Part shown: positions 28,207-37,727 of the stretch, piece after piece
Numbering within the stretch: the stretch's first letter is position 1
Layout: every line of letters begins with the position of its first letter
DNA from: Rhabdothermincola salaria
GTDB taxonomy: Bacteria > Actinomycetota > Acidimicrobiia > Acidimicrobiales > Acidimicrobilacustridaceae
Assembly: GCF_021246445.1 (NCBI RefSeq)
Contig: NZ_JAJQXW010000001.1
Span: 682,001-746,000, forward strand
Direction: 5' to 3'
DNA: 64,000 nt
The notes under the pieces: generated by a model
Databases searched by the model: none
The model's input: the letters and a program-made list of their open reading frames with translations, nothing else
What the model was told of the DNA's origin: nothing
Program-made: the position numbers and the translations under genes

Positions 28207-28901
28207 CAGGGCGTCTCGTTTCGGATGGTGACCCAGTCACGGGCCTCGAGGTAGGGACGGAAGGCGGCGCCGATGGCGGCGATGTCGTCGGGCCCCTTGG
28301 GGCGCTGCAACTCGTACACGTGGGGGAACTCGATCCAGGCGGTCACGCTGTGCCAGAGGCGTACCGCCGCGTCGCCCGTAGGCGGGTCGATCAGCACCGG
28401 ACCGAACAGGGCCTGGTCCCTGCCGAACACGAGGGTGGGCACCCCCCACCCTCCGAGGGCCACGACGGCCTCGTGCTCGCGACGCACCTCGTCACCGGTC
28501 GTGGGGTCCGCGATCGCGGCGGCCACCCACGAGGGGTCGAGGCCCATCTCGGTGAGCAGCGCCTCGGCCACCTCGGGCCGGTGGGGCTTGCGGCCCTCGA
28601 CGTGCAGTGCCCGGCCGGCGGTGGCGTACCAGCGGTCGAGCAGGTCGGGATCGATGCGGCGCAGGTGGGCGCCGATGCGCATCATCGACCACCCGTAGGA
28701 CCACGGCCGCTCCCACGGGTGCTTCTTGCCCTCGACCCGGTTGACCTCCTCCAGGCTGAAGAACCGCCAGCGGACCTCGACCCCCGCCCGGTCGCGCACC
28801 TCGCGCATCCAGAGCGACGTCTGGTAGGCGTACGGGCACATCACGTCGAAGTGGAAGTCGACCGACGTGGGGGCGGCGGGTTCGGGCTCGGAGTCGGCCA
28901 C
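28206..28901 (-). CDS. DsbA-like/Rv2466c-like thioredoxin-fold protein (CPYA)
   Basis: [16 protein letters not shown] cis-Pro loop, FGPV and YELQR; TGATG overlap with MDMPI. Confidence 0.85.
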   Translation of the reverse strand: MADSEPEPAAPTSVDFHFDVMCPYAYQTSLWMREVRDRAGVEVRWRFFSLEEVNRVEGKKHPWERPWSYGWSMMRIGAHLRRIDPDLLDRWYATAGRALHVEGRKPHRPEVAEALLTEMGLDPSWVAAAIADPTTGDEVRREHEAVVALGGWGVPTLVFGRDQALFGPVLIDPPTGDAAVRLWHSVTAWIEFPHVYELQRPKGPDDIAAIGAAFRPYLEARDWVTIRNETP

Positions 28902-29056
28902 CGCGCGACCGTACCGCCCTGCCGTCCGACGAGCAGCGGGCATCCGGGTGGTGGACACCGGGTGCCGCCGCGACCAGCTGCGACCGGTGCGCCGTGGTGG
29001 CCCGGGCTCGGTGGGTCAGGTCGATGGACCACGCCAGGTCGGGGTAGGTCTGCACC

Positions 29057-29278
29057 ATGGACGATCCAAGCGACGACGAGACGGCTCGCGACCTCGACCG
29101 GGTGGTCGAGAGGTCCCACCTGCTCCCCGAGGAGGAGCGCGCCGGCAGCGACGACCCCGAGGCGCAGGCGGCGGCGATCCTGGCCGAGGGCGACGAGCGA
29201 ACAGAGGACCGAGACGCCGCCCCGGGCACGCGGGTCGAGCACCGCACCTCCGAGGAGACGACCCCACCCCCGGACTGA
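29057..29278 (+). CDS. Small acidic hypothetical protein (73 aa)
   Basis: LLPEEERAGSDDPEAQAAAILAEGDER..EHRTSEET; GC3-biased codons. Confidence 0.7.
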   Translation: MDDPSDDETARDLDRVVERSHLLPEEERAGSDDPEAQAAAILAEGDERTEDRDAAPGTRVEHRTSEETTPPPD

Positions 29279-29401
29279 CGCCCTGGCCGATCCGGACCGA
29301 TGTCACAGGCCTCCGGGGGGTGGGGCGACCCGTGACCGGGTAGACGCAGATCGAGGAGATGTTCCTCGGCGCTTCGTCGCGATGGCGCAGGAGGTGGCCC
29401 G

Positions 29402-30529
29402 ATGCGCGAGACCGTGAGTTTCGGCCGGCTCGCCGGCATCCGTGTGGGGGCCAACTGGAGCGTCTTGATCATCGGGTGGATCCTGGCCTTCGGTCTGGCG
29501 GCGGGGGTGCTCCCCGAGGCGGCGCCGGGTCACGCCACCGGGCTCTACTGGGTGGCCGGACTCCTGGCCACGGCCGTGTTCCTGGGCTCGCTGCTGGCCC
29601 ACGAGATGGCCCACGCCCTCGTGGCCCGAGCCAAGGGCCTCCCCGTGGAGGGCATCACCCTGTGGGCGCTCGGCGGCGTGTCGAAGCTGGGGGGCGACGC
29701 CTCCCGCGCTCGCGACGAGCTACGCATCGCCATCGCCGGCCCGGCCACCAGCCTGGTGCTCGGCGTCGCCTTCTTCGCCACCGCCGCCGGCCTGGCCGCG
29801 CTGGGCGCCGGCGACCTGGTGGTCACCACCGTCGTGTGGCTGGCCACCATCAACGTCGTGCTGGGGTTGTTCAACCTGGCCCCGGCGTTCCCCCTCGACG
29901 GCGGGAGGGTGGTGCGGGCCCTGCTCTGGGCCCGCCACGGCGACCGGCTCCAGGCCACCCGCTCGGCGGCGGCGGTGGGTCGGGCCTTCGGTTTCGGCCT
30001 CGTCGGGCTCGGGGTCATGGTCGTGTTCCTCGGCGCGGTGTTCCAAGGGGTCTGGTTCATGCTCCTCGGGTGGTTCGTGGTGAGCATGGGGCAGGCGGAG
30101 GCCACCGGGGTGGAACAACGCCGGCTGCTCGAGGACGTGACCGTGGACGAGGTCATGTCCGCGCCGGTGGCGTGCGTACCGGCGGACCTCACGGTCGACC
30201 GCCTGGTGGACGAGCACGTGCTGACCCACCGCTGGTCGGCCTATCCCGTCGTCGACGACGACGACCGCCTGCTCGGACTGGCCACCCTCGACACCGTGCG
30301 TCGTGTCCCGGCCGAGGAGCGGAGCAGCACGCGGGTCCTCGATGCCGGCTTCCCCGCCGCAGAGGTGCCCCAGGCCCCTCCGGGCGCATCCCTCGCCGAC
30401 CAGCTGGCCACGCTGTCGGCCTCCCCGGTGGGCCGACTGGTGGTCGTGGACCAGGGCCGCGTGGTCGGGCTGGTGTCACGCACCGACGTGGTGTCGTGCC
30501 TGCAGCGCCGCTCGCTCATGTCGAGCTGA
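29402..30529 (+). CDS. Site-2 protease (M50) with tandem CBS domains
   Basis: HEMAH, IAGP and FNLAPAFPLDGGR; C-terminal CBS pair; RBS AGGAGG. Confidence 0.93.
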   Translation: MRETVSFGRLAGIRVGANWSVLIIGWILAFGLAAGVLPEAAPGHATGLYWVAGLLATAVFLGSLLAHEMAHALVARAKGLPVEGITLWALGGVSKLGGDASRARDELRIAIAGPATSLVLGVAFFATAAGLAALGAGDLVVTTVVWLATINVVLGLFNLAPAFPLDGGRVVRALLWARHGDRLQATRSAAAVGRAFGFGLVGLGVMVVFLGAVFQGVWFMLLGWFVVSMGQAEATGVEQRRLLEDVTVDEVMSAPVACVPADLTVDRLVDEHVLTHRWSAYPVVDDDDRLLGLATLDTVRRVPAEERSSTRVLDAGFPAAEVPQAPPGASLADQLATLSASPVGRLVVVDQGRVVGLVSRTDVVSCLQRRSLMSS

Positions 30530-30642
30530 CAGCCCATCCCCGTCCCTGACGGGCTGTCGACGTCGGTCGGGACCGCTCCGAGCCGTCGCTGGTTAGGGTG
30601 GCCGGGCCGGGTCTCACCGCACGACACGGCGGATCGGTGATC

Positions 30643-31386
30643 GTGGACCTCCTCCTGCTGTCGAACTCCACGAACCACGGCGGGCAGATGTACGCCCACG
30701 CGGCAGAGGCGATGCGTGCCCTGGTGCGCGACCGCGCCGTCACCTTCGTCCCCTTCGCTCTCGCCGACTGGGACGACTACGCCTCGAGGGCACTCGGCGC
30801 GCTGCGGTCGATGGGACTGCGGGCCGACTCGGCCCATCGTGCCGAGGACCCGGCCCGGGCCATCCTCGACGCGGACGTGGTGATGATGGGAGGCGGCAAC
30901 TCCTTCCGCCTGCTCGACACGCTGTACGGCCTGGGCGTCGTCGACGCCCTGGCGGACCGGGTCCGCCGCGGTGCCGCCGGGTACATGGGCGCCTCCGCCG
31001 GGACCAACGTCGCCGCCCCCACGATCGCCACGACCAACGACATGCCCATCTGCCAGCCCCCGTCGTTCACCGCCCTGGGCCTGCTGCCGTTCCAGATCAA
31101 CCTGCACTACGTCGACCCGGACCCCGAGTCGACGTTCATGGGCGAGACCCGCGACGAGCGCATCGAGGAGTTCCTCGAGGAGAACGACTGCCCGGTGCTG
31201 GCCATGTACGAGGGGTCCTGGCTCCGGGTGGCCGGCGACGGGGCCTGGGTCGAGGGGCCCGCCAGGTTGTTCCGGCGCCAGGGGTGCGACCACTTCGCCG
31301 ATGGCCTCGACGTCTCGCACCTGCTCGATCTGACGCCCGTCTTCGGTGGCGGACGGCGGCCATGGGCCGATCCTGCGGTATCGTGA
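30643..31386 (+). CDS. pepE: Dipeptidase E (S51)
   Basis: LLLLSNS, GGGNSF, GASAG, TTNDMPI, INLHY and GETRDERIEEF. Confidence 0.93.
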   Translation: MDLLLLSNSTNHGGQMYAHAAEAMRALVRDRAVTFVPFALADWDDYASRALGALRSMGLRADSAHRAEDPARAILDADVVMMGGGNSFRLLDTLYGLGVVDALADRVRRGAAGYMGASAGTNVAAPTIATTNDMPICQPPSFTALGLLPFQINLHYVDPDPESTFMGETRDERIEEFLEENDCPVLAMYEGSWLRVAGDGAWVEGPARLFRRQGCDHFADGLDVSHLLDLTPVFGGGRRPWADPAVS

Positions 31387-31483
31387 GCCGTCCAACCGAC
31401 TCATTTGGGACCTCTCGCTGACACCCGGCCACACCGCCGGACCCGAGCCCGTCGCCTCCTCTGAGCCCGCCTCGAGGAGCTGC

Positions 31484-32587
31484 ATGTCCACCAGTGCGTC
31501 CGCACGACCGTCCGCCATCGTCTACTGCGAAGCCAACTTCGCCGAGATCGACGGCAAGACCGCCAACGGGCTGGTGCGCCACTCCGAGCGCTACCGGATC
31601 GCGTCCGTCATCGACAGCCGCCACGCCGGCGAGGACGCGGGCACGGTCCTCGACGACCGACCCAACGGCATCGCCATCCACCGCGACCTCGACGAGGCCC
31701 TGGCTGCGGTGACGCCGTCCGCCGAGGTCTTCATCTTCGGGATGGCGCCCTCCAGCGGGATGTTGTCGCCAGAGGAACGCCGGCTCGTGCTGCGAGCGAT
31801 GAGCCATGGACTCAACATCGTGAACGGCCTGCACGAGTTCTTGAACGACGACCCCGAACTCGCCTCAGCCGCCGCCACCCACGGCGTGACCATCGACGAC
31901 GTGCGCCGCCCTCGAGCCAAGAAGGACCTCCGCATGTTCAGCGGCCGCATCGCCGAGGTCACCTGCCCGGTGGTCGCGGTGCTCGGCACCGACGGGGCGA
32001 TCGGCAAGCGGACGACGGCCACCATCTTGACCCGGGCGCTGAACGAAGCCGGGCTGCGGGCGGTGATGATCGGCACCGGGCAGACCGGGCTGATCCAGGG
32101 CGCCCGCTACGGCATCGCCCTCGACGCCATCCCCTCCCAGTTCTGCTCGGGAGAGATGGAGTCGACGGTCCTCGAGGCGTTCGAGGCCGAACAGCCCGAC
32201 GTGATCATCGTGGAGGGCCAAGGCGCCCTCAGCCACCCGGCCTACCTGACGTCGACGTTCATCCTCCGCGGTGCCCGACCCGACGGGGTGGTGCTGCAGC
32301 ACGCTCCGGGCCGCACCCGGTTGGGCGACTTCGGCGACGTGACCATGCCGACCCCGGCGAGCGAGATCGAGCTGATCGAGACCTTCGCCGACACCAAGGT
32401 CATCGGCCTCACCCTCAACCACGAGAACATGACCGACGCCGAGGTCAGCGCCGCCATCACGCTCTACGAGGCGGCCCTCGGGATCCCCGCCACCGATGCC
32501 CTCACCCGTCCGACCGACCGACTGGTCGACATGGTGCTCACCGCGTTCCCCGGCCTCATGGAGCAGCGCACCGCGGCTGCGGGGTGA
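31484..32587 (+). CDS. DUF1611 family protein (DgcN-like, P-loop C-terminal domain)
   Basis: GKTANGL, NGLHEFL, GTDGAIGKRTT, TGQTG and VEGQGALSHPAY; RBS GAGGAG. Confidence 0.9.
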   Translation: MSTSASARPSAIVYCEANFAEIDGKTANGLVRHSERYRIASVIDSRHAGEDAGTVLDDRPNGIAIHRDLDEALAAVTPSAEVFIFGMAPSSGMLSPEERRLVLRAMSHGLNIVNGLHEFLNDDPELASAAATHGVTIDDVRRPRAKKDLRMFSGRIAEVTCPVVAVLGTDGAIGKRTTATILTRALNEAGLRAVMIGTGQTGLIQGARYGIALDAIPSQFCSGEMESTVLEAFEAEQPDVIIVEGQGALSHPAYLTSTFILRGARPDGVVLQHAPGRTRLGDFGDVTMPTPASEIELIETFADTKVIGLTLNHENMTDAEVSAAITLYEAALGIPATDALTRPTDRLVDMVLTAFPGLMEQRTAAAG

Positions 32588-33681
32588 GCGCGCCTCGCCT
32601 CGAGTTGGACCTGGCTGCGATCCACCACAACGCCGGGGTGCTGGTCTCCACCCTGGCGCCGCTCGGCATCGCCGTCACGGGGGTGACCAAGGCGGTCCTG
32701 GGGTCGCCGGCCGTGGCCGGCGCCATGCTCGACGCCGGGGTCGCCCGGCTGGGTGAGTCGCGCGTCGAGAACCTGGAACGCCTGCGGGGTGCCGGCATCA
32801 CGGCCGAGACCATGCTCATCCGCTCGCCGATGCGGTCGCAGGTGGACCGCGTCGTGGCGGTCGCCGACATCTCCTGCGTCACCGAGGCCAGCGTCGTGGA
32901 GGCCCTGTCGGCGGCGGCGATGGCCGCCGGGACGGTGCACCGGCTGGTCGTGATGGTCGACCTCGGCGACCGTCGCGAGGGCGTCCTCCCGGACGATCTC
33001 GTCGATGCCGCCCGACGGGTGCTGGAGCTGCCCGGCGTCCGCCTCCACGGGATCGGCACCAACCTGGCGTGCCAGAACGGGGTGTGCCCGGACCTGACGA
33101 ACATGGCCCAGCTGTCCGATCTCGCCGACCGCGTCGAGGCCGCGCTCGGGGTGGAGCTCGTGCTCGTCTCGGGCGGCAACTCCGCCAACCTCGAGTGGGC
33201 CCTGTCCGATCCGGCGGTCGGCGTGGGCCGCATCAACGATCTGCGCCTGGGCGAGTCCATCCTGCTCGGACGCGAGACGTTGCACCGCCACCCGGTGCCA
33301 GGCCTGCGAGTCGATGCCGCGTCGCTGTTCGCCGAGGTGATCGAGTCGAAGGTCAAACCCTCGACCCCGGTGGGCCGAATCGCCCAGACCGCGTTCGGCT
33401 GGGCGCCCCCGGGCCCGCTCGACGAGGCAGGGACGGCGAGGACGATCGTGGCGATCGGTCATCAGGACACGGACCCCGCCGGTCTGGACCCGCCGCTCGG
33501 CACCCGGATCGTCGGCGCCAGCAGCGACCACCTGGTCGTCTCGTCGCCGACGCCCCTCGAAGCAGGGGCCGAGATCCGCTTCGGCGTCGACTACTCGGCG
33601 CTCCTGCGGGCCATGACGTCGCCCTTCGTGGAGCACCTCGTCGAACCGAGAGCGGACGTCAGGGCCCCTGCGGCCGGCTGA
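32584..33681 (+). CDS. Alanine/ornithine racemase family PLP enzyme
   Basis: GVTK (PLP Lys), DLGDRREG, GTNLAC, SGGNS, LRLGESILLG and GASSDHL; GTGA overlap. Confidence 0.9.
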   Translation: MSAPRLELDLAAIHHNAGVLVSTLAPLGIAVTGVTKAVLGSPAVAGAMLDAGVARLGESRVENLERLRGAGITAETMLIRSPMRSQVDRVVAVADISCVTEASVVEALSAAAMAAGTVHRLVVMVDLGDRREGVLPDDLVDAARRVLELPGVRLHGIGTNLACQNGVCPDLTNMAQLSDLADRVEAALGVELVLVSGGNSANLEWALSDPAVGVGRINDLRLGESILLGRETLHRHPVPGLRVDAASLFAEVIESKVKPSTPVGRIAQTAFGWAPPGPLDEAGTARTIVAIGHQDTDPAGLDPPLGTRIVGASSDHLVVSSPTPLEAGAEIRFGVDYSALLRAMTSPFVEHLVEPRADVRAPAAG

Positions 33682-33743
33682 GCGCACCGCGCCTGCTGCG
33701 CGCGCCGTCCCGGTGGCCACCGCCGGTCGGCGGGGCCGAGCAG

Positions 33744-34082
33744 TCAGTCGGGGTCGGGGTGGTCCTCCGCCGAGAGGGCGGCCACCGTGTCGAGGTCCTC
33801 GGGGGAGGCGGTGGGCCCGAATCCGAGGTTCATCGACCCCTTCGCCCCGCAGTTGTCGCACGACACCTCGACGACGAGGAGCATGTCGTCGGGGTCCGAG
33901 GCACCCTCGGTGCGATTGTCGCCCTCGGCGGTGGCCTCGCTGGCGGGCACCCGGGAGTCGCAGGTCAGGCACCGGATGAAGCCGCCGAGCTCGGCTCGGA
34001 ACTGGTGCTCACGGTCACCCGGGAGGTCGGAGGCCACGTTGGTCGGCCGGCGGTCGACGGGGTTCACGGGATCGTTGCTCAT
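33744..34082 (-). CDS. Hypothetical Zn-ribbon protein
   Basis: CLTC...RTEGASDPDD...CDNCG, two CxxC pairs. Confidence 0.75.
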   Translation of the reverse strand: MSNDPVNPVDRRPTNVASDLPGDREHQFRAELGGFIRCLTCDSRVPASEATAEGDNRTEGASDPDDMLLVVEVSCDNCGAKGSMNLGFGPTASPEDLDTVAALSAEDHPDPD

Positions 34083-34222
34083 GACGGTCACCTTCCCAAT
34101 CCGGCGCCTCGCCAACCGTCGCCGCCCATCGTGGCCGCGGGCCACGAGGACGCGATCGGCGACGACCCCGATGGAGTGCCACCCGCAGCCCTCCCCGAGC
34201 GTGGGGAGGGCCCGGGCGTGGC

Positions 34223-35026
34223 TCAGGTGCCGGTGAACTTCGGCTCGCGCTTCTCGAGGAAGGCGCGGGGCCCCTCGGCGGCGTCCTTCGACGACATGAC
34301 CCGTCCGCCCTCGGCCATCTCGATCGTGAAGGCCTCCTCCTCCGGCATGGCCTCGGTCTGGCGGAGCGTGGCGAGGATGCCCTTCACGGCCAGAGGGCCG
34401 TTGCGGCCGATCCGGTCGGCGATCTCGAGGGCCTTGGTGAGGGCCTGGCCGTCGGGGACGACGTGGTTCACGAGCCCGAGCTCGTAGGCCCGCTGGGCGC
34501 TGATGTCGTCGCCGGCCAGCAGCATCTCGGCGGCGATGGCGTAGCTCACCTGGCGGCGCAGCCGCACGGCGGAGCCCGCCATCGGGAACAGGCCCCGCTG
34601 CACCTCGGTCACCCCGAACACGGCGGACTCGCCGGCCACGCGGATGTCGGTGCCCTGGAGGATCTCGGTGCCGCCGGCCCGGGCGAAGCCCTCGGCGGCG
34701 AGGATGACCGGCTTGGTGGGCCGGTAGGTCTTGAGCCAGCCGCCGAGGATGACCTCGGGCTGGTCCTTGAAGCGCTGCAGCCACTCGTTGTCGACGACGC
34801 CCTCGCGCAGGCGACCGATCTCGGCGAGGTCCATGCCGGCGCAGAACGTGTCGCCCTTGCCAGTGAGCACGGCGACACGCAGGTCGTCGTCGGTGTCGAG
34901 GCGCACCCACGCGTCGTAGAGGCGGCACAGCACCTCGGCGTTGGCGGCGTTCTTCTTCTCGGGTCGGTTGATGGTGACCACGAGGATCGGGCCGTCGGCC
35001 TCCACCAGCACCAGCGGTTCGGACAT
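34223..35026 (-). CDS. Enoyl-CoA hydratase/crotonase family protein
   Basis: NRPEKKNA, FCAGMDL, AGGTEI, FGVTEVQRG and AFLEKREPKF. Confidence 0.93.
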   Translation of the reverse strand: MSEPLVLVEADGPILVVTINRPEKKNAANAEVLCRLYDAWVRLDTDDDLRVAVLTGKGDTFCAGMDLAEIGRLREGVVDNEWLQRFKDQPEVILGGWLKTYRPTKPVILAAEGFARAGGTEILQGTDIRVAGESAVFGVTEVQRGLFPMAGSAVRLRRQVSYAIAAEMLLAGDDISAQRAYELGLVNHVVPDGQALTKALEIADRIGRNGPLAVKGILATLRQTEAMPEEEAFTIEMAEGGRVMSSKDAAEGPRAFLEKREPKFTGT

Positions 35027-35163
35027 CTGCGGTTCCCCCTCGGAGTTCGTCAGGACGCGACGACCGTACCGGGCCCACGCCGGGCCGGCGGACACGGGTC
35101 CCGGTCCGTCGAACGCCGGGCGCCGGGGACACGCCCCCACCAGGATGCCCGGGCGCCCGCCGA

Positions 35164-35179
35164 GGTGATCTGTGACACA
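35164..35179. promoter_or_regulatory. Possible CRP-family binding site in divergent intergenic region
   Basis: GGTGA-N6-ACACA versus the consensus TGTGA-N6-TCACA; TACGCT -10 at 35217-35222. Confidence 0.3.
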
Positions 35180-35276
35180 ACGTCGCCGGATTGTGGCGAA
35201 GTGACGCACGTGGGCCTACGCTGTGGCCACCGAGTGCCGTACCCGCGGCCGATCACGTCACCCCTGGGGGACAAAG

Positions 35277-36482
35277 ATGAGCGAAGACGCCACCCGCGAG
35301 CTGGGCTACCGGCCTTTCGACTGCGACAACCACTACTACGAGGCCGAGGACGCCTTCACCCGCCACCTCGACCCCAAGCTCGGCCCACGCGTCTACGAGT
35401 GGTGCCAGATCGGCAAGCGCAAGTACCCCGTCATCGGCGGCAAGGTGAACCGGGCCGTCACCAACCCCACCTTCGATCCGGTGTCACCGGCCGGCGCCAT
35501 GGCCGAGTACTTCCGGGGCAATCCGTCGGGCAAGACCCCGATGGAGTACCTCGGCAAGCCCGAGCCCATCCGCCCCTGCTACCGCGACCGCGACGCCCGC
35601 ATCGCCCAGCTCGACGAGCACGGCCTGCAGAAGATCTGGCTGTTCCCGACGCTCGGCATGATCTACGAAGAGCCGCTCAAGGACGACCCCGAGGCCGTCA
35701 CCCACCTCTTCACCGCGTTCAACCGGTGGCTGCTCGAGGACTGGGGCTTCAACTACCAGGACCGCATCTTCGCCGGTCCCTACATCTCCCTCGCCGACGT
35801 CGACTGGGCCGTCTCCGAGCTCGAGTGGGCGCTCGACAACGACGCCCGCACCATCGTGATGCGCCCGGCGCCCATCCACACCGCCGACGGTGTGCTCCCG
35901 CCGGCCGACCCCGCCTTCGATCCCTTCTGGGCCCGGGTCAACGAGTCGGGTGTCACTGTCGTCGTCCACGCCGGCGACACCGGCTACTCCCTGCAGGGCT
36001 ACGCCCCCGAGAAGGGCTTCTCGGCCAGCTTCTCCGGCGGCTTCCGTCCCAACCTCGGTGCGCTGCACATCGGCATCGAGCGGGCCATCTACGACTTCCT
36101 CGGCTCGATCATGGTCGACAAGATCTTCGAGCGGTTCCCCAACATCCGCCTGGCCTCGGTCGAGAACGGGTCCGGGTTCCTCGGCGACCTGTTCAAGAAG
36201 ATGCGCGGCGCCTCCAACAAGATGCCCGGCTACTTCGGCACCGACCCGGTCGAGCTGTTCCGCGAGAACGTCTGGATCAACCCCTTCTGGGAGGACGACG
36301 TGCGCGAGACCGTCGACCACATGGGCGCCGATCGCGTGATCTTCGGCTCGGACTGGCCCCACATCGAGGGCATGGAGAACCCCCTCGACTACCTCCCCGA
36401 GCTCAAGGTGTTCAGCGACGAGGACCGCAAGCGGATCCTCCTCGACAACGTCTCCGAGCTCAACGTGCGTCGCCCCGCCTGA
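35277..36482 (+). CDS. Amidohydrolase family protein (Amidohydro_2)
   Basis: FDCDNHYYE, FPTLG, FDPFWA..VVVH, SVENG and FGSDWPHIEG. Confidence 0.92.
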   Translation: MSEDATRELGYRPFDCDNHYYEAEDAFTRHLDPKLGPRVYEWCQIGKRKYPVIGGKVNRAVTNPTFDPVSPAGAMAEYFRGNPSGKTPMEYLGKPEPIRPCYRDRDARIAQLDEHGLQKIWLFPTLGMIYEEPLKDDPEAVTHLFTAFNRWLLEDWGFNYQDRIFAGPYISLADVDWAVSELEWALDNDARTIVMRPAPIHTADGVLPPADPAFDPFWARVNESGVTVVVHAGDTGYSLQGYAPEKGFSASFSGGFRPNLGALHIGIERAIYDFLGSIMVDKIFERFPNIRLASVENGSGFLGDLFKKMRGASNKMPGYFGTDPVELFRENVWINPFWEDDVRETVDHMGADRVIFGSDWPHIEGMENPLDYLPELKVFSDEDRKRILLDNVSELNVRRPA

Positions 36483-36508
36483 CCCGGGCACGCACCAGCA
36501 ACATCGCT

Positions 36509-36610
36509 CTCGGCCCCGGCCCTCCGCCGGGGCCGAGCCGCGTCCGGCCTTCCCTCCCGCTTCTTGCATGGGTTCGACGTCCTGGGGGACGTCGAACCCA
36601 TGCAAGAAGC
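36509..36610. repeat. Composite palindromic element copy 1 (hairpin A + hairpin B)
   Basis: A: ctcggccccggc-N5-gccggggccgag (36509-36537). B: perfect 24-bp arms gcttcttgcatgggttcgacgtcc-tggg-reverse complement (36559-36610). Confidence 0.9.
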
Positions 36611-36653
36611 CAGGGGTTAGGGGAGGCTGGACACCACCGGCCCGACCCTTTCG

Positions 36654-36706
36654 CGTACCTGTCGGCAACGTGCGCTGGAGGGGTGGCACGTCTTCCCGAC
36701 AGGTAC
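36654..36706. repeat. Second-type palindrome
   Basis: cgtacctgtcgg...ccgacaggtacg outer arms with inner acgtgc/gcacgt. Confidence 0.75.
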
Positions 36707-36770
36707 GTGGCCGGGAAGGGATTCGTCCGTCGGGACCGGGGCAGAAGTTCTCCGCCTCATGATCGGCGCC

Positions 36771-36859
36771 TGTTACGCTCCGCCCGACCCACCGCGGTCA
36801 GCAGGGCCGTCTCGAGCAGGCGGCTCCCCGAACCCAGGACGCGCGAAAGGCAAGAGCCG
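36771..36859 (+). promoter_or_regulatory. Extended -10 promoter and structured 5' leader of paralog A
   Basis: TGtTACGCT; hairpins gacc/ggtc and gggccgtct/aggcggctc; ccagga..gcgaaaggcaag shared with paralog B. Confidence 0.55.
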
Positions 36860-37363
36860 ATGAACACGACGAAGAAGGTCCGCCGAGGGGCGATGGCGGT
36901 CGTTGCCGCCGTCACGATGGCGGCGGGCGCGCTGGCCCTGACCCTGCCGGCCTCGGCTGGCGAGCCCTGGCCCGGCGAGGTCGTCGTCGAGGCCGGCTGC
37001 GTCGAGGGACAGGGCGTGGTCTACGTCGACATCTTCGACGACTTCAGCGCGGAGTACGACGTGGCCCTCCTCCTCGGCTCCGACATCATCGACCTCGTGG
37101 AGGCGACGACCGACACCGACGAGGGTGAGAACACGATCGAGTTCGGTCCGCTCGAGGACGGCACCTACACGGTCATCGTCGACTGGATCCAGGAGCAGAG
37201 CGACATCGGTTTCTTGCAGATCTTCGACGGTGACGTCACCGTCGACTGCGTGCCCGACGACACGACGACCACCAGCACCACCGCGGTGTCGCCGTCGTCC
37301 ACCAGCACCGCTGCCCCGGCCGCGGCGGCCGCCGCCGCGGCCACCCCGCGCTTCACCGGCTGA
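36860..37363 (+). CDS. Secreted acidic protein, paralog A, with Thr/Ser/Ala linker and C-terminal TPRFTG
   Basis: 167 aa; signal peptide ending ASA; two Cys; clear similarity to 37817-38287. Confidence 0.88.
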   Translation: MNTTKKVRRGAMAVVAAVTMAAGALALTLPASAGEPWPGEVVVEAGCVEGQGVVYVDIFDDFSAEYDVALLLGSDIIDLVEATTDTDEGENTIEFGPLEDGTYTVIVDWIQEQSDIGFLQIFDGDVTVDCVPDDTTTTSTTAVSPSSTSTAAPAAAAAAAATPRFTG

Positions 37364-37383
37364 TCTTCACCACATCTGCCACG

Positions 37384-37485
37384 CTCGGCCCCGGCGTCCT
37401 GCCGGGGCCGAGTCGCGTCCGGCGCACCCACTCCGCTTCTTGCATGGTTTCGACGTCGCCCAGGACGTCAAAACCATGCAAGAAG
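37384..37485. repeat. Composite palindromic element copy 2 (hairpin A + hairpin B)
   Basis: Hairpin A arms identical to copy 1 (37384-37412). B: cttcttgcatggtttcgacgtc-N6-gacgtcaaaaccatgcaagaag (37436-37485). Confidence 0.9.
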
Positions 37486-37535
37486 GCCGGGAGGGGAGGG
37501 AGGTCGGTCTTCGCTGGACGACCACCGGGGCGTCG

Positions 37536-37661
37536 TCAGGTGCCGGCCGCCCAGTGGCGGAGGACGTCGTGGGCCCCCAGGACCCGGTTGTAGACGGCCA
37601 CCTCGTCGATCGTGCCGGTGAAGGTGGTCGAGGCCGAGTCGCGCTCGAGGGGCCGGCGCCA
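37536..37661 (-). pseudogene. C-terminal remnant of a LamG/concanavalin A-like domain gene
   Basis: FTGTIDEVAVYNRVLGAHDVLRHWAAGT*; no start codon upstream of the motif and an in-frame stop at 37716-37718. Confidence 0.65.
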
Positions 37662-37727
37662 GATTGCAGCCGGCGGCGCACTCCGGTGGCCGCCGTCCTG
37701 GTGGTGCTCGCCCCATCATGAGCCGGC

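Noticed and set aside
34223..34245. Crotonase C-terminus PKFTGT resembling the PRFTG tail
   Set aside because: PxFxG is the normal crotonase C-terminal motif, and this protein is cytoplasmic with no signal peptide or stalk.
34463..37363. 966-aa ORF and other very long overlapping ORFs (e.g. 17071-19656, 41916-44576, 48441-50882, 61366-63405)
   Set aside because: These are shadow frames of GC-rich DNA, antisense or off-frame to well-supported genes; in some, only the terminal portion corresponds to a real gene.
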